NCBI GenBank assembly: GCA_031370645.1
Contig: JANMQV010000112.1
Location: forward strand, 1-45,129
Length of the DNA: 45,129 nt
Origin: Candidatus Eiseniibacteriota bacterium
Lineage (GTDB): Bacteria > Eisenbacteria > RBG-16-71-46 > SZUA-252
Direction: 5' to 3'
Under the pieces are notes generated by a model. It was not told the origin of the DNA and ran no database searches. It worked only from the letters and a program-made list of their open reading frames with translations. Positions 27,508-37,013 of this stretch are shown piece after piece (position 1 is the first letter of the stretch; each line of letters starts with the position of its first letter). The translations under genes and the position numbers were made by a program.

Positions 27508-28940
27508 CCGCGCCGGTCTGGCTCGTTAGCAGCGTCGACACGATCAGTTTCGCCATTCTGATCTATTTCAGCGCGCTTCAGATTGTGCTCTTCACGCTTC
27601 TGATTCTCTCCTACTTCGACATGCGCCGCCGCTTGGCGCAGAACTTCTATGCCGACTACGAGGCGCTCGCCAAGTCCCACTTCACGTTCCCGATCACCGT
27701 CATCATGCCGGCACACAACGAGGCGGCGTCCGCGGCGGAGGCCGTCCACTCCGTTCTCTCGCTCGACTACCCGCAGCACGAAGTAATCGTGGTGAACGAC
27801 GGCTCGACCGACGCGACGCTCGAGGCGCTCGTTCGGGAATTCCGCCTGGAGCGTCGTGACACGGTCTATCGGAAGAGTCTTCCGTTCCGCGGGGAGATCC
27901 GCGGCATCTACAAGTCCTCAGCGTACCCTCACCTCACGGTGATCGATAAGGAGCACGCGGGAAAGAGCGAGGCGTTGAACTGCGCGATCAATCTCTCGCG
28001 CTACCCTCTATTCTGTTCGATCGACGCCGACTCCATCTTCCAGGACAACGCGCTCCTTCGAGTCGTTCGACCCTTCCTGGAGGATCCGGACCGCGTCATC
28101 GCGGTCGGGGGACAGGTGCGCGTGGCGAACGGCTGCCACGTGGAGCGCGGGCGCGTCATCGAACCGAGACTGCCCCAGAACATCCTCGCGGCGTTCCAGG
28201 TGGTCGAGTACCTTCGCGCCGTCGTGGCGAGCCGGCTCGGCCTCTCGGCGATGAATAATTTGCTTCTGCTCTCGGGCGTCTTCAGCCTCTTCCGGAAGGA
28301 CGCGGTGATCGAGGTCGGAGGGTATCGGAGCGATGTCGTGACCGAGGACATGGAGCTGGTCGTCCGCCTCCACCACCGCATGCGGCAGGAGCAGCGCCCC
28401 TACTCCATCGTCTTCCTTCCCGATCCGATCTGCTGGACCGAAGTACCGGAGAGCGTCGGCGCGCTCGCGCGGCAGCGGAACCGCTGGCACCGTGGCCTCA
28501 TGCAATCGCTATGGCTCCACAAGAGCATTCTCTGGACGAAGCACTCCGGTTCGCTTCGCTGGGTCGGAATGCCGTACTACATCTGCTTCGAATTCCTCGG
28601 ACCGATCGTGGAATTGATCGGCTACATCCTGATTCCGATCGCCTACTTTCTCGGATTCCTCTCGCCGCTCTGGTTCTGGGCGTTTCTCTTCCTCTCGATC
28701 ACCTCCGGCGCGTTTCTCTCCATATCCGCGGTGCTCCTCGAGGAGATTTCCTTCGGGCTCTACCGTTCCTGGGGCGATTTCTCCCTCCTGATCGCCATCG
28801 GCGTCATCGAGAATTTCTCCTACCGCATCCTCACTCTCTTCTTTCGCCTGGGAGCCGTCCTCGATATGATTTTGGGACGTGGTGGCTGGGGACGGCAGGA
28901 GCGGACCGGATTCGGGCGCAACCGGACCTCGACCCCGTAA
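27504..28940 (+). CDS. Processive GT2 glycosyltransferase (cellulose/PNAG synthase-like)
   Basis: 'NDGSTD', 'GKSEALN', 'DADS', 'TEDME', 'QRNRW' (D,D,D,QxxRW); N- and C-terminal TMs; GTGA overlap with the HEAT gene. Confidence 0.92.
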   Translation: MTAPVWLVSSVDTISFAILIYFSALQIVLFTLLILSYFDMRRRLAQNFYADYEALAKSHFTFPITVIMPAHNEAASAAEAVHSVLSLDYPQHEVIVVNDGSTDATLEALVREFRLERRDTVYRKSLPFRGEIRGIYKSSAYPHLTVIDKEHAGKSEALNCAINLSRYPLFCSIDADSIFQDNALLRVVRPFLEDPDRVIAVGGQVRVANGCHVERGRVIEPRLPQNILAAFQVVEYLRAVVASRLGLSAMNNLLLLSGVFSLFRKDAVIEVGGYRSDVVTEDMELVVRLHHRMRQEQRPYSIVFLPDPICWTEVPESVGALARQRNRWHRGLMQSLWLHKSILWTKHSGSLRWVGMPYYICFEFLGPIVELIGYILIPIAYFLGFLSPLWFWAFLFLSITSGAFLSISAVLLEEISFGLYRSWGDFSLLIAIGVIENFSYRILTLFFRLGAVLDMILGRGGWGRQERTGFGRNRTSTP

Positions 28941-28985
28941 ACCCAAGCGGCCACGCGTTCTTCCCCCGCCGGAGGGAGCCGCGTC

Positions 28986-31970
28986 GTGCGCCTGTTGGGG
29001 CTCATCCTAGGAGCCTGCCTGCTCGTCGAGGCGTCGTTTGCCTCGGCAGCACCGCCGATCCAGACCTGGAGTGAGATCGCCGCCCGTCGAGGGCCGGCTA
29101 CCGCCGCGCGCCTGCGGCAGTCGCTGGCGGCCGCGAAACCGCTCGGCGTCGATCGGGCTCCTCGCGTTCGGCTCACCGGCCCGACGCACTTCAAGGCGCT
29201 CGTCATCCTGCTTCAATTCAGCGATCACCCCGCCGACACGCTGAATCACACGCCCGCGGATTACGACGATCTCCTTTTCAGCGTCGGCACCCGCCCGCTC
29301 GGAAGCATGCGCGACTATTACCGCGAAGTATCGCGGGGCGCGTTCGACATCTCGGGCGTCGTCACCCGCTGGTACACGGCTCCTCGCTCCTACGCGCTCT
29401 ACACGTCGGGAGCCGGCGGATTCGGCGGCGTGCCCGGAAACGCGCAACAGATGGCGGCCGACGCGGTCGCCCTCGCCGACGCCGATATCGACCTCTCCCA
29501 GTTCGACAACGACGGGCCCGACGGCGTGCCGAATTCCGGCGACGACGACGGAGCGATCGACGCCCTCTTCATCGTGCACGCGGGACCCGGCGGTGAGGAA
29601 ACGGCCGACTCGGACGACATCTGGTCGCACCAGTGGAATCTACGGATTCCGTACACGTCGGCGGACGGCACGACGGCGTTTCTCTACACGTCGGAACCCG
29701 AGGCGTGGGCAGGGCTCGCGCCCTTCACGACCGCGGGCGCCATCACCTCGATCGGCGTCTTCTGCCACGAATTCGGGCACGTCCTCGGCGTCCCCGACCT
29801 CTACGACACGTCGGTCTCGATCTACGCCAATGAAGGCGTGGGCGAATGGGACTTGATGGGATCGGGCGTCTACAACCACCTCGCCGGCCGGCCGCTCGGT
29901 TCGACACCGGCGCACTTCTCAGGGTGGTCCTTGGCGCGGCTCGGCTGGGTGACGCCGATCTGGGTGATGCAGGATTCGCTCGGCGTCACCATTCCGCCGA
30001 TCGAGACCTCGAACGCGGTGTTTCGACTCTGGACGAACGGAACGGAGGACGCGGAGTACTTCCTGATCGAAAATCGCCAGCCGATCGGCTTCGACGCCGG
30101 GCTCGTTCGCTCGGCGGTCGAGGGAGGGACGGGGCCGGCGCACGGGCTCCTGATCTATCACATCGACGATTCGGTGATCGGCGAGTCGGACCCGGAACAG
30201 AAGATGATCGACGTGGAGGAAGGGGGCGGCACCCGCATTCCGACAGGATTCGTCGGGGAGCAGAACCTCGACCTCGGCTCGGGCCAGATCGCCTCGCAGA
30301 CGATCTGCGGAGGAAGTCCGAACGTCGTCGGAAATCGGGGTGACAAGTACGATCCCTGGCCGGGCGAAGGCGCGCGGACGGGCTTCGAGGGATTCTCCTG
30401 CCCGAACAGTAACGGGAACTGCAAGGGGCTGAGCAGCCAGGTCGCGGTGCGGAACATCACCGAGGTCGGCGGCGACATCCACGCCGACCTCCTCGTAACC
30501 GGCGTTCAGATCCGCCGCGAACCGTTCCTCGTCGACGACTCGCCGGCGGTGGGAACTCCAAACAACGGAAACGGTCTCCTCGAAAGCGGGGAGACGGTCC
30601 GCATGCGCTGCCCCATCACGAATCTCGGTAGCGTGCCGACGGAGCCGCTCCGCGTGGTCTTGAAGTCGACCGAACCATTCATCTCCCTCTTCGCCGACAC
30701 GCTCGACTATGGAATCTTGGCGGGCGGAGAGACCGATTCCGGGACCGTCTTTCTAGCGACCGTGAATCTGACCCCCGACCCGGGTGCCTCCATGGTAGCC
30801 ATGGAGATCCGCTCGCCCTTCAGCCAGGTGCTTGCCGACAGTTTCCAGCTCTTCCTCGGCACGCGCACCGGGCTCTGCGAGAACTTCGAGGGCGGCCCGT
30901 CGCGTTGGTACGGCGAGGCGAACGGCTGCGACGGCGTGAACGAGTGGCATATGGAGCAGGGTGCCAACAACACCGGCTTCGGTTCGTGGGCGTGGCGCCT
31001 CGGCCCGTACGGGCCGATCGGTTCCTACGCCTCGAGGCAGGACGCCCGGCTCGTGAGCCCTCCGATTCGGCTTCCGGGCGCGAGCGACACGCTTCGATTT
31101 TTCCACCGCTACGATTGCGAGTACGCGTTCGACGGACTCTCGATCGAGATTTCGAACGACTTCGGAGTCTCGTGGAATCTGATCAATCCCGTCGGCGGAT
31201 ACACCACCGGGGATCGCTACAGCGGCACGAAGGCATCGTTCACCCAGGCGGTCTTCCCGCTCGATGGATATTCCGGCGTGATCCAGATCGGATTCCGATT
31301 CCGCTCCCAGCCCCCGTACGACGGAATCGGCTGGTGGATCGACGACGTCACGGTGGACGGCGACGCGCCCTGCGCTCCGGTGGAAGTTGCCATCGAGCGA
31401 TTCACCGCCGCGGCGGTGGAGGACGCTTCGCCTCCGCGTGTGCGGCTCGATTGGACCGTCACCGGACCGACCGAAGTCTCGCTCACGATCGAGCGTTCGG
31501 TGGCCGGTCAAGCGCCCGTGGGAATCATTCGGCTTCCGAGCTTTATCGGCGACGGCAGCGCCGAGGATCTGAACGTCATTCCCGGGGCGCTCTACGACTA
31601 TTACCTGCGAGCGGCGCGGATCGGGCACCCCGACGCGGTGGGGGGCCCGATCCGGGTCTCGGTCCCCGCGCCCGTTCCGCCGCCGGCTCCGAAAGTGTTC
31701 GCCCTGAGCCGGGTGCATCCGAATCCGTTCCGGCCCGACGCGAACCTGGCGGTCTCCCTGGACCGCGACGGACCGTTCATGGTACGCATCTATCGTCCGG
31801 ACGGCAGGGTGGTTCGGACGCTGCGCTTCGCCGCCCGGCCGGCGGGAACGCACGCGATCTCCTGGGACGGCCGCGACGACCGGGGCCGTTCGGCGGCTGC
31901 CGGGATCTACCTCTTCGAGCTGCGGTTCGGCGAACGAACGCGCGTTCAAAAGGCGGTATTGCTCCGATGA
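28986..31970 (+). CDS. M6 family (immune inhibitor A-like) metalloprotease with a C-terminal FlgD-Ig/T9SS-like domain
   Basis: 'HEFGHVLGVPDLYD', 'WDLMGSG', 'EYFLIENRQ'; tail 'PNPF...WDGRDDRGRSAAAGIY'. Confidence 0.9.
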   Translation: MRLLGLILGACLLVEASFASAAPPIQTWSEIAARRGPATAARLRQSLAAAKPLGVDRAPRVRLTGPTHFKALVILLQFSDHPADTLNHTPADYDDLLFSVGTRPLGSMRDYYREVSRGAFDISGVVTRWYTAPRSYALYTSGAGGFGGVPGNAQQMAADAVALADADIDLSQFDNDGPDGVPNSGDDDGAIDALFIVHAGPGGEETADSDDIWSHQWNLRIPYTSADGTTAFLYTSEPEAWAGLAPFTTAGAITSIGVFCHEFGHVLGVPDLYDTSVSIYANEGVGEWDLMGSGVYNHLAGRPLGSTPAHFSGWSLARLGWVTPIWVMQDSLGVTIPPIETSNAVFRLWTNGTEDAEYFLIENRQPIGFDAGLVRSAVEGGTGPAHGLLIYHIDDSVIGESDPEQKMIDVEEGGGTRIPTGFVGEQNLDLGSGQIASQTICGGSPNVVGNRGDKYDPWPGEGARTGFEGFSCPNSNGNCKGLSSQVAVRNITEVGGDIHADLLVTGVQIRREPFLVDDSPAVGTPNNGNGLLESGETVRMRCPITNLGSVPTEPLRVVLKSTEPFISLFADTLDYGILAGGETDSGTVFLATVNLTPDPGASMVAMEIRSPFSQVLADSFQLFLGTRTGLCENFEGGPSRWYGEANGCDGVNEWHMEQGANNTGFGSWAWRLGPYGPIGSYASRQDARLVSPPIRLPGASDTLRFFHRYDCEYAFDGLSIEISNDFGVSWNLINPVGGYTTGDRYSGTKASFTQAVFPLDGYSGVIQIGFRFRSQPPYDGIGWWIDDVTVDGDAPCAPVEVAIERFTAAAVEDASPPRVRLDWTVTGPTEVSLTIERSVAGQAPVGIIRLPSFIGDGSAEDLNVIPGALYDYYLRAARIGHPDAVGGPIRVSVPAPVPPPAPKVFALSRVHPNPFRPDANLAVSLDRDGPFMVRIYRPDGRVVRTLRFAARPAGTHAISWDGRDDRGRSAAAGIYLFELRFGERTRVQKAVLLR

Positions 31971-32473
31971 GCTCCACCACGACTCGCCTCGACGGACCGA
32001 TCGTCTATCTGGAGGTTCCCGGCCCCGAACACCTTCCCACGATCTGGAAGGTCTACCTCGACGCGCCGGACTACTTCGAGGCGCTCCTCGGCACGAAGGA
32101 TTTCGATCCGGTCGCGATCGAGATGCTCTACGAGGACGCCATCTCCGACGAGAATCGATTCTACTTCGCCGTCCGGAGAAACGACTCGAAGGCGCTGATC
32201 GGGACGCTGGAAGTGGAGGTCGGAACGTCGGAACTCCCGGCCACGCTTCGTGGCTTCGTGCTCGCGCAAGCGGAGCGGGGGAAGGGATTCGGGAGGGCGG
32301 CGCTCGAGCTGGTGGAGCAGTTCCTGGTGGACGAATACGGGGTGGCGGCGATCGCGGCGGAGGTCCCGCCAGGCTACGACGACGGCGAGCGGTTCTTGGA
32401 GGCGATGGGGTTCCGGGAGCGCCGCCTCAAGTCGGGCGACGTCCGCTGGCTCAAGAAGATCGACTCGGACTAG
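31967..32473 (+). CDS. GNAT family acetyltransferase
   Basis: 'ERGKGFGR' acetyl-CoA motif, 'FLEAMGF'; ATGA overlap with the protease gene. Confidence 0.8.
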   Translation: MSSTTTRLDGPIVYLEVPGPEHLPTIWKVYLDAPDYFEALLGTKDFDPVAIEMLYEDAISDENRFYFAVRRNDSKALIGTLEVEVGTSELPATLRGFVLAQAERGKGFGRAALELVEQFLVDEYGVAAIAAEVPPGYDDGERFLEAMGFRERRLKSGDVRWLKKIDSD

Positions 32474-34805
32474 AGTCGCGCGCGGCGATCGCGCGATTCA
32501 CGCGAGAGAGCAGTTCCTCGAGATCAAACGGCTTGCTGACGACGAACGTCACGCCGTGGTCGCGCACCATCTCCTCGCTGATCGTGGCTCCCCAACCGGT
32601 CACAAGCCCCAGCACCATGTTGGGCGGCCCTTCCTTTCGAATCACGCGCGCCACGTCCCAACCGCTTACATCTGCCATGCCGAGGTCGGTCAAGACGGCG
32701 TCGTAGCGCCCTTCGCGGAACCGCGCGATTCCCTCGGAGCCCGACGAAGCGGTCGTCACCGCGTGTCCGCCGCGCTCGAGCCCGTCGCGAAGCACTCCCA
32801 GCAGTTCCGTTTCGTCGTCGACCACGAGGATCTTCGCCTGGTAGGGCGCCTGGACGCGAACCGGCGACGCCTCGGCCAAACCCGCCTGCTCGGTGACCGG
32901 AAAACGCATCCGAATCGTCGCCCCCTCGCCCGAGGCGGTCTCGACCTCCACCGTTCCCCGGTGGCGCGACACGATTCCATAGACCATCGACAAGCCGAGG
33001 CCCGTGCCGGCAAGCCCCTTCGTCGTGAAGAAGGGCTCGAACATGCGACTCCGCACATCGTCGGTGATGCCGGTTCCGTCGTCGATCACTTCGAGGATCG
33101 ACTCGTCGCGTTCCCCGCGGCAGCGGATGGTGATCGTGCCGCCGTGCGGGAGGGCATCGACCGCGTTGAAGATGAGATTCGTCAGCGCCTCGCGGATCTC
33201 GGCTCGGGAGCCGAGAATCGGCCGCGCCTCGCGGACATCGACGCGCACTTCCACCTTCACGCCGCGCCGCTGGGCGTCATTCTTCCACTTGCCGCGCGTG
33301 ATCTCGATCACCTCCTCCGCGATACTCGGAAGATCGAGCGGCTCGTGCGTGCGATCCTCGCGGACGCGCGTGAATTGCTGGATCCGCCGCACCGCTTCGC
33401 CGCCGTCCATGGCCGCCTGGCGAATCACGTTCAACCCCGACGTGAGCTCCGGTTCCTTCGTCTTCATGAGGAGGAGCTGAGTGCGCCCGAGGATGATGCC
33501 GAGGTTGTTATTGAAATCGTGCGCCACGCCGGCCGCGAGTTCCCCGAGCGCGCGGAGCTTCTCGCCGCGAGCGAGGCGGTCTTGGAGATCCCGCATCGCC
33601 GAAACGTCCGAGAGAAGGAGCATGCGGGCCGGCTCGTTCTGGAAGACGAGGGGCGCCACCTGGAATTCGGCCTGCACCCGGCGCCCGCCCGCATGGAGGA
33701 TCTCCACCGAAATCTGCGGGCCGTCGTTCGATTCGCGGCGGAGCGCCTCGCGGACGGCTTCGTACGATTCGGGGGAGAAGAGCGACTCCGCCGCGAATCC
33801 CTCCATGCGGAGCGCGGCGGAGGTCCGTCCCGTCATTCGCTCGAGGGCGGCGTTCGTGAAGACGACCTTCCCTGCCTGGATGATGGCGATCCCCTGCGGC
33901 GCGCTCTCGACGAGCACGCGATACTTCGCCTCCGATTCGGCGAGGGCACGCGTACGCGCCTCCACGGCCGCTTCGAGCGTCTGATTGAGGCGCGAGAGAT
34001 TCTCCCGGCTCGCGAGCACCTCGATCTGTTGGCGCTGCACTTCCTCGGCCATGTGATCGAAATGCCAGGCGAGCGTCTCGAGCTCGTCGCCCGACTGGAG
34101 ATTCACGCGCTGCGAGTAGTCGCCCTTCGCGATGGCGCGCGTCGCGGTGACGAGCCGCTGGATCGGGCGGGTGATTCCGCCGGCCGCCGCCCGCGCCGCA
34201 AGGAGGCAGAGAATCGCGGCCAAGATACCCGCCAGGATGAGATTTCGCGTCAGCGCCGCCACATCCCGGTCGACTCCGTCCATGGAGACCGCGATCCGCA
34301 CGGTGCCCCACTTGACGGCGTACCCCTGAACGTACACGGGAAGGAAGATCTCGAGCAGGCGCGCATCGCCGGGTCGCGCGGGAGCCAGAAAGCGCCAGCG
34401 CTCCTCGCGCGTGGCGTGCGCCAGGAAATCGGCGGCGTCGCGCGGCGGATTACCGAACGAGTTTTCACTTCGGCTGTCGGCCGCGATCATCCCTTCCTTG
34501 TCGTAGATCACGACGTAGGCGATCTCGCTCCCTTCCTGGGAACGGCTCGCGGCCTGATTGAGCGCGATGTAGTTGTAGGAGAGAAGCGAGGGAGTGGAGA
34601 GCCAGGCGATATTTCGCGCCACCGCGACTCCGCGCTTCCGCGTTTCACGCTGAAGCGATTCGGATTCGCTCCGGACGATGAACGTCACGGCCGCCGCCAC
34701 GAGGGCGACGACCACGACGGCGAAAGTCAGGAAGATCCGCGCTTGGAGCCCGCGCCAAAACGGAATCGGGCGCTCAGCGGGATGCGTCGCGGCGGTCTCG
34801 GCCAT
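32451..34805 (-). CDS. Hybrid sensor histidine kinase (TM-periplasmic-TM, HAMP, PAS, HisKA, HATPase, REC)
   Basis: HAMP 'DELETLA', H-box 'AHDFNN', 'NAVDA', 'FEPFFTTK', 'GTGLGL', receiver 'VVDD...TDLGM...KPF'. Confidence 0.93.
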   Translation of the reverse strand: MAETAATHPAERPIPFWRGLQARIFLTFAVVVVALVAAAVTFIVRSESESLQRETRKRGVAVARNIAWLSTPSLLSYNYIALNQAASRSQEGSEIAYVVIYDKEGMIAADSRSENSFGNPPRDAADFLAHATREERWRFLAPARPGDARLLEIFLPVYVQGYAVKWGTVRIAVSMDGVDRDVAALTRNLILAGILAAILCLLAARAAAGGITRPIQRLVTATRAIAKGDYSQRVNLQSGDELETLAWHFDHMAEEVQRQQIEVLASRENLSRLNQTLEAAVEARTRALAESEAKYRVLVESAPQGIAIIQAGKVVFTNAALERMTGRTSAALRMEGFAAESLFSPESYEAVREALRRESNDGPQISVEILHAGGRRVQAEFQVAPLVFQNEPARMLLLSDVSAMRDLQDRLARGEKLRALGELAAGVAHDFNNNLGIILGRTQLLLMKTKEPELTSGLNVIRQAAMDGGEAVRRIQQFTRVREDRTHEPLDLPSIAEEVIEITRGKWKNDAQRRGVKVEVRVDVREARPILGSRAEIREALTNLIFNAVDALPHGGTITIRCRGERDESILEVIDDGTGITDDVRSRMFEPFFTTKGLAGTGLGLSMVYGIVSRHRGTVEVETASGEGATIRMRFPVTEQAGLAEASPVRVQAPYQAKILVVDDETELLGVLRDGLERGGHAVTTASSGSEGIARFREGRYDAVLTDLGMADVSGWDVARVIRKEGPPNMVLGLVTGWGATISEEMVRDHGVTFVVSKPFDLEELLSRVNRAIAARDSSPSRSS

Positions 34806-36483
34806 CCCTGGGCTCCGTGAGGTGGAGCTTCTCCATGGCCAGCGTCGAGATCCCCAAGGGATTCATCTCGAGCCCGGCCACGTTGTCCTTCATTCCGATG
34901 AAACTGACGGTGTAGTAGAGCGGCACGAAGGGAGCATCGTGGAGGATCGCGTTCTCAACCCGGCGATAGAGATCCGCCCGAGCGTCGGCGTCCCGCGCGG
35001 CTCGCGCCGCGTCGAGGAGCGAATCGACCTCGGCATCGTGATAGCGGAAATAGTTCGTCGCGCTCGTGGAATAGGCGAGGCTTCGAAGAAACGACTCCGG
35101 ATCGGGAATGTCGGCGATCCAGGCGAGCGCGAACATCGGCACCTTTCGATTCGTGATCGCCTTGTCGAGCACAGCCCAGGATTCGTAGCGCAGCCGGACC
35201 GTGATGCCGGCCTCGGCGAGCGAGCGGACCATGACCGAGTCGACCTGGCGAAGGTCGGTACCGCCGAGATTCTTCCAGAGCTCGATGGGAGGCAGCGGGT
35301 GGCCCGGGCCGTAGCCCGCTTGGGCCAGTAGGGCGCGCGCGGCGGAGAGATCTCGCGGCGGCACTTTGCTCGCCGGCGAGTAGCCGGTGATGCCCGGCGG
35401 CAGGATCCCCTGCGCGAGCGTTTTCCCCTCTGGGAGCGCGCTCAGCATCGCATGCCGGTCGATGCTGAGCGCCACGGCCCTCCGGACGCGCCGATCGTTC
35501 AGCGGGGCGATCGACGCGTTCATCCCGATGAAGGAGAGGCTCAGATCCTGCCAGCGAAGCACCGCGAGCCCGGGGCGCGCGCGGAATTCCTCGACCCGGT
35601 TGCTCGGCAGAAGGCTCAGCGTCGCCCGGCCGTCCAGGAGCGCGTTCGCGCCGGCTTCCACGACGTCGCCGGGTGGGGCGATGAAGAGGAGACTGTCGAG
35701 CTTCGGCCGCCCCATGAAGTAGTCGTCGTTCGCCGCCAGCGCGACGGTCTGATCGGCATGAAGCCTCACGAAGCGAAATGGCCCCGTCCCGACCGGGTTC
35801 GTTTCGAGCGCATGCGGGCCCCCCGCGTCGAGCAACTCACGCGGGACGGCGCTCGTCTGGTCGAGCGCGAGAGCGTAGAGGAGCGAGGGATAGGGGCGGC
35901 TCAGGGTGATCTCGAGCTGGTAGCGATCGATCGTCCGGATGCCGCGAATCCTCTTCGCTTTCCCTTCCGTGAATTCGCGCACGCCGCTGATCGCGTCGAG
36001 GTAGGTGGCGGCGAGGCCTTCGGAGAGGAAGGGCTCCTGAAAAACCCGGGTGAGGCTGAACGCGAAGTCCTGCGCGGTGACTTCCCGGCCGTTGTGGAAG
36101 TGCACGCCCGGGCGGAGACGGAAGACGTAGCGAAGTCCGTCCTTCGAGATGGTCCAGCTCTCGGCGAGCTGCGGCGTCGGTTCCAGATCCGACGTCATGC
36201 CGATCAAGGGGCTGTAGATCTGCGCGACCACCTCGGAGGAGTAGGCGTCGGCGGCGCGCGCGGGATCGAGCGAATGCGGGAATTCCTGGTAGAAGCGGAA
36301 GACGTTCGGTCCCGAGGAAAGCGTCGGCGCGACGGATGCGCTTCCCGTTCCCGTCGCCGGCCTCCCGCCTTCGTCCGCCTGACGATGACGCCAGACGCTC
36401 GGAAGCGCGACGGCCAACAAAAGGAGCAGCACCGCGCCCAGCGCGGCCATCCTCCCACCCCATTTTTCCCACATGGCGCCCAT
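34774..36483 (-). CDS. ABC-type family 5 (OppA/DppA-like) substrate-binding protein
   Basis: 'SLDPA', 'LAESWTIS.DG..Y.F.LR.GV.FHNG', 'PVGTGPF', 'VRRAVALSID'. Start is ambiguous (36483, 36474 or later). Confidence 0.9.
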   Translation of the reverse strand: MGAMWEKWGGRMAALGAVLLLLLAVALPSVWRHRQADEGGRPATGTGSASVAPTLSSGPNVFRFYQEFPHSLDPARAADAYSSEVVAQIYSPLIGMTSDLEPTPQLAESWTISKDGLRYVFRLRPGVHFHNGREVTAQDFAFSLTRVFQEPFLSEGLAATYLDAISGVREFTEGKAKRIRGIRTIDRYQLEITLSRPYPSLLYALALDQTSAVPRELLDAGGPHALETNPVGTGPFRFVRLHADQTVALAANDDYFMGRPKLDSLLFIAPPGDVVEAGANALLDGRATLSLLPSNRVEEFRARPGLAVLRWQDLSLSFIGMNASIAPLNDRRVRRAVALSIDRHAMLSALPEGKTLAQGILPPGITGYSPASKVPPRDLSAARALLAQAGYGPGHPLPPIELWKNLGGTDLRQVDSVMVRSLAEAGITVRLRYESWAVLDKAITNRKVPMFALAWIADIPDPESFLRSLAYSTSATNYFRYHDAEVDSLLDAARAARDADARADLYRRVENAILHDAPFVPLYYTVSFIGMKDNVAGLEMNPLGISTLAMEKLHLTEPRDGRDRRDASR

Positions 36484-36601
36484 CTCGATAATGAATCGGA
36501 ATCGGGGGGTGCGTGCTTAACGCGTTTCTGGGCGAGTCGGGGGTGAGGTTGGGTTGCGGTATTGCCTTGTAAGGCGTTATTGCATAATTGGTTGTCGGTC
36601 C

Positions 36602-37012
36602 CTAATCGTCCCCCTCCCACCGCCGCTCCCGCTTCGTCGCTCCCCGGCGTTTCTTCGTCTCGATTCGGGCGTGGCGCGAGGAGGTGGTAGGCGCGGTCGC
36701 GCGGCGCGCACGGCGAGGCGTCAGCGCCGCCAGCACGAGGGCGCGGAGCCGTTCCACCGCGGCGTTGCGATTCCGACCCTGCGAGCGGAATCGCTGGGAA
36801 ACGACGCGAAGTGTGCCGTCCGCCGCGATCCGAGTTCCGAGTGCCGCGCGAACCGCCGTCTTCTGCGTGGCGGAGAGGGACGACCCGTCCAGATCCCAAA
36901 CCGCCTCCACGCGCGTCTCCACCTTGTTCACGTTCTGGCCACCGGGTCCGCCCGCGCGGGAGGTGCGAAAGCGGATCTCGCGAAGCGGGATGAAGGGCGT
37001 TTCGCCGCGCAT
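36602..37012 (-). CDS. arfB: Alternative ribosome rescue factor B (peptidyl-tRNA hydrolase)
   Basis: 'SRAGGPGGQNVNKVET', 'RSQGRNR', basic C-terminal tail. Confidence 0.93.
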   Translation of the reverse strand: MRGETPFIPLREIRFRTSRAGGPGGQNVNKVETRVEAVWDLDGSSLSATQKTAVRAALGTRIAADGTLRVVSQRFRSQGRNRNAAVERLRALVLAALTPRRARRATAPTTSSRHARIETKKRRGATKRERRWEGDD

Positions 37013-37013
37013 G

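Noticed and set aside
32250-34820. 856-aa plus-strand ORF, and similar long ORFs at 16152-17969, 39645-41198, 6135-7445 and 43364-44740
   Set aside because: These are antisense or alternate-frame shadows of well-supported genes in high-GC DNA: Arg/Ala-rich and without recognisable motifs.
36484-36601. AT-richer intergenic stretch as an ncRNA or operator
   Set aside because: No convincing dyad, promoter consensus or RNA-family motif is visible; probably just the SBP-kinase promoter region.
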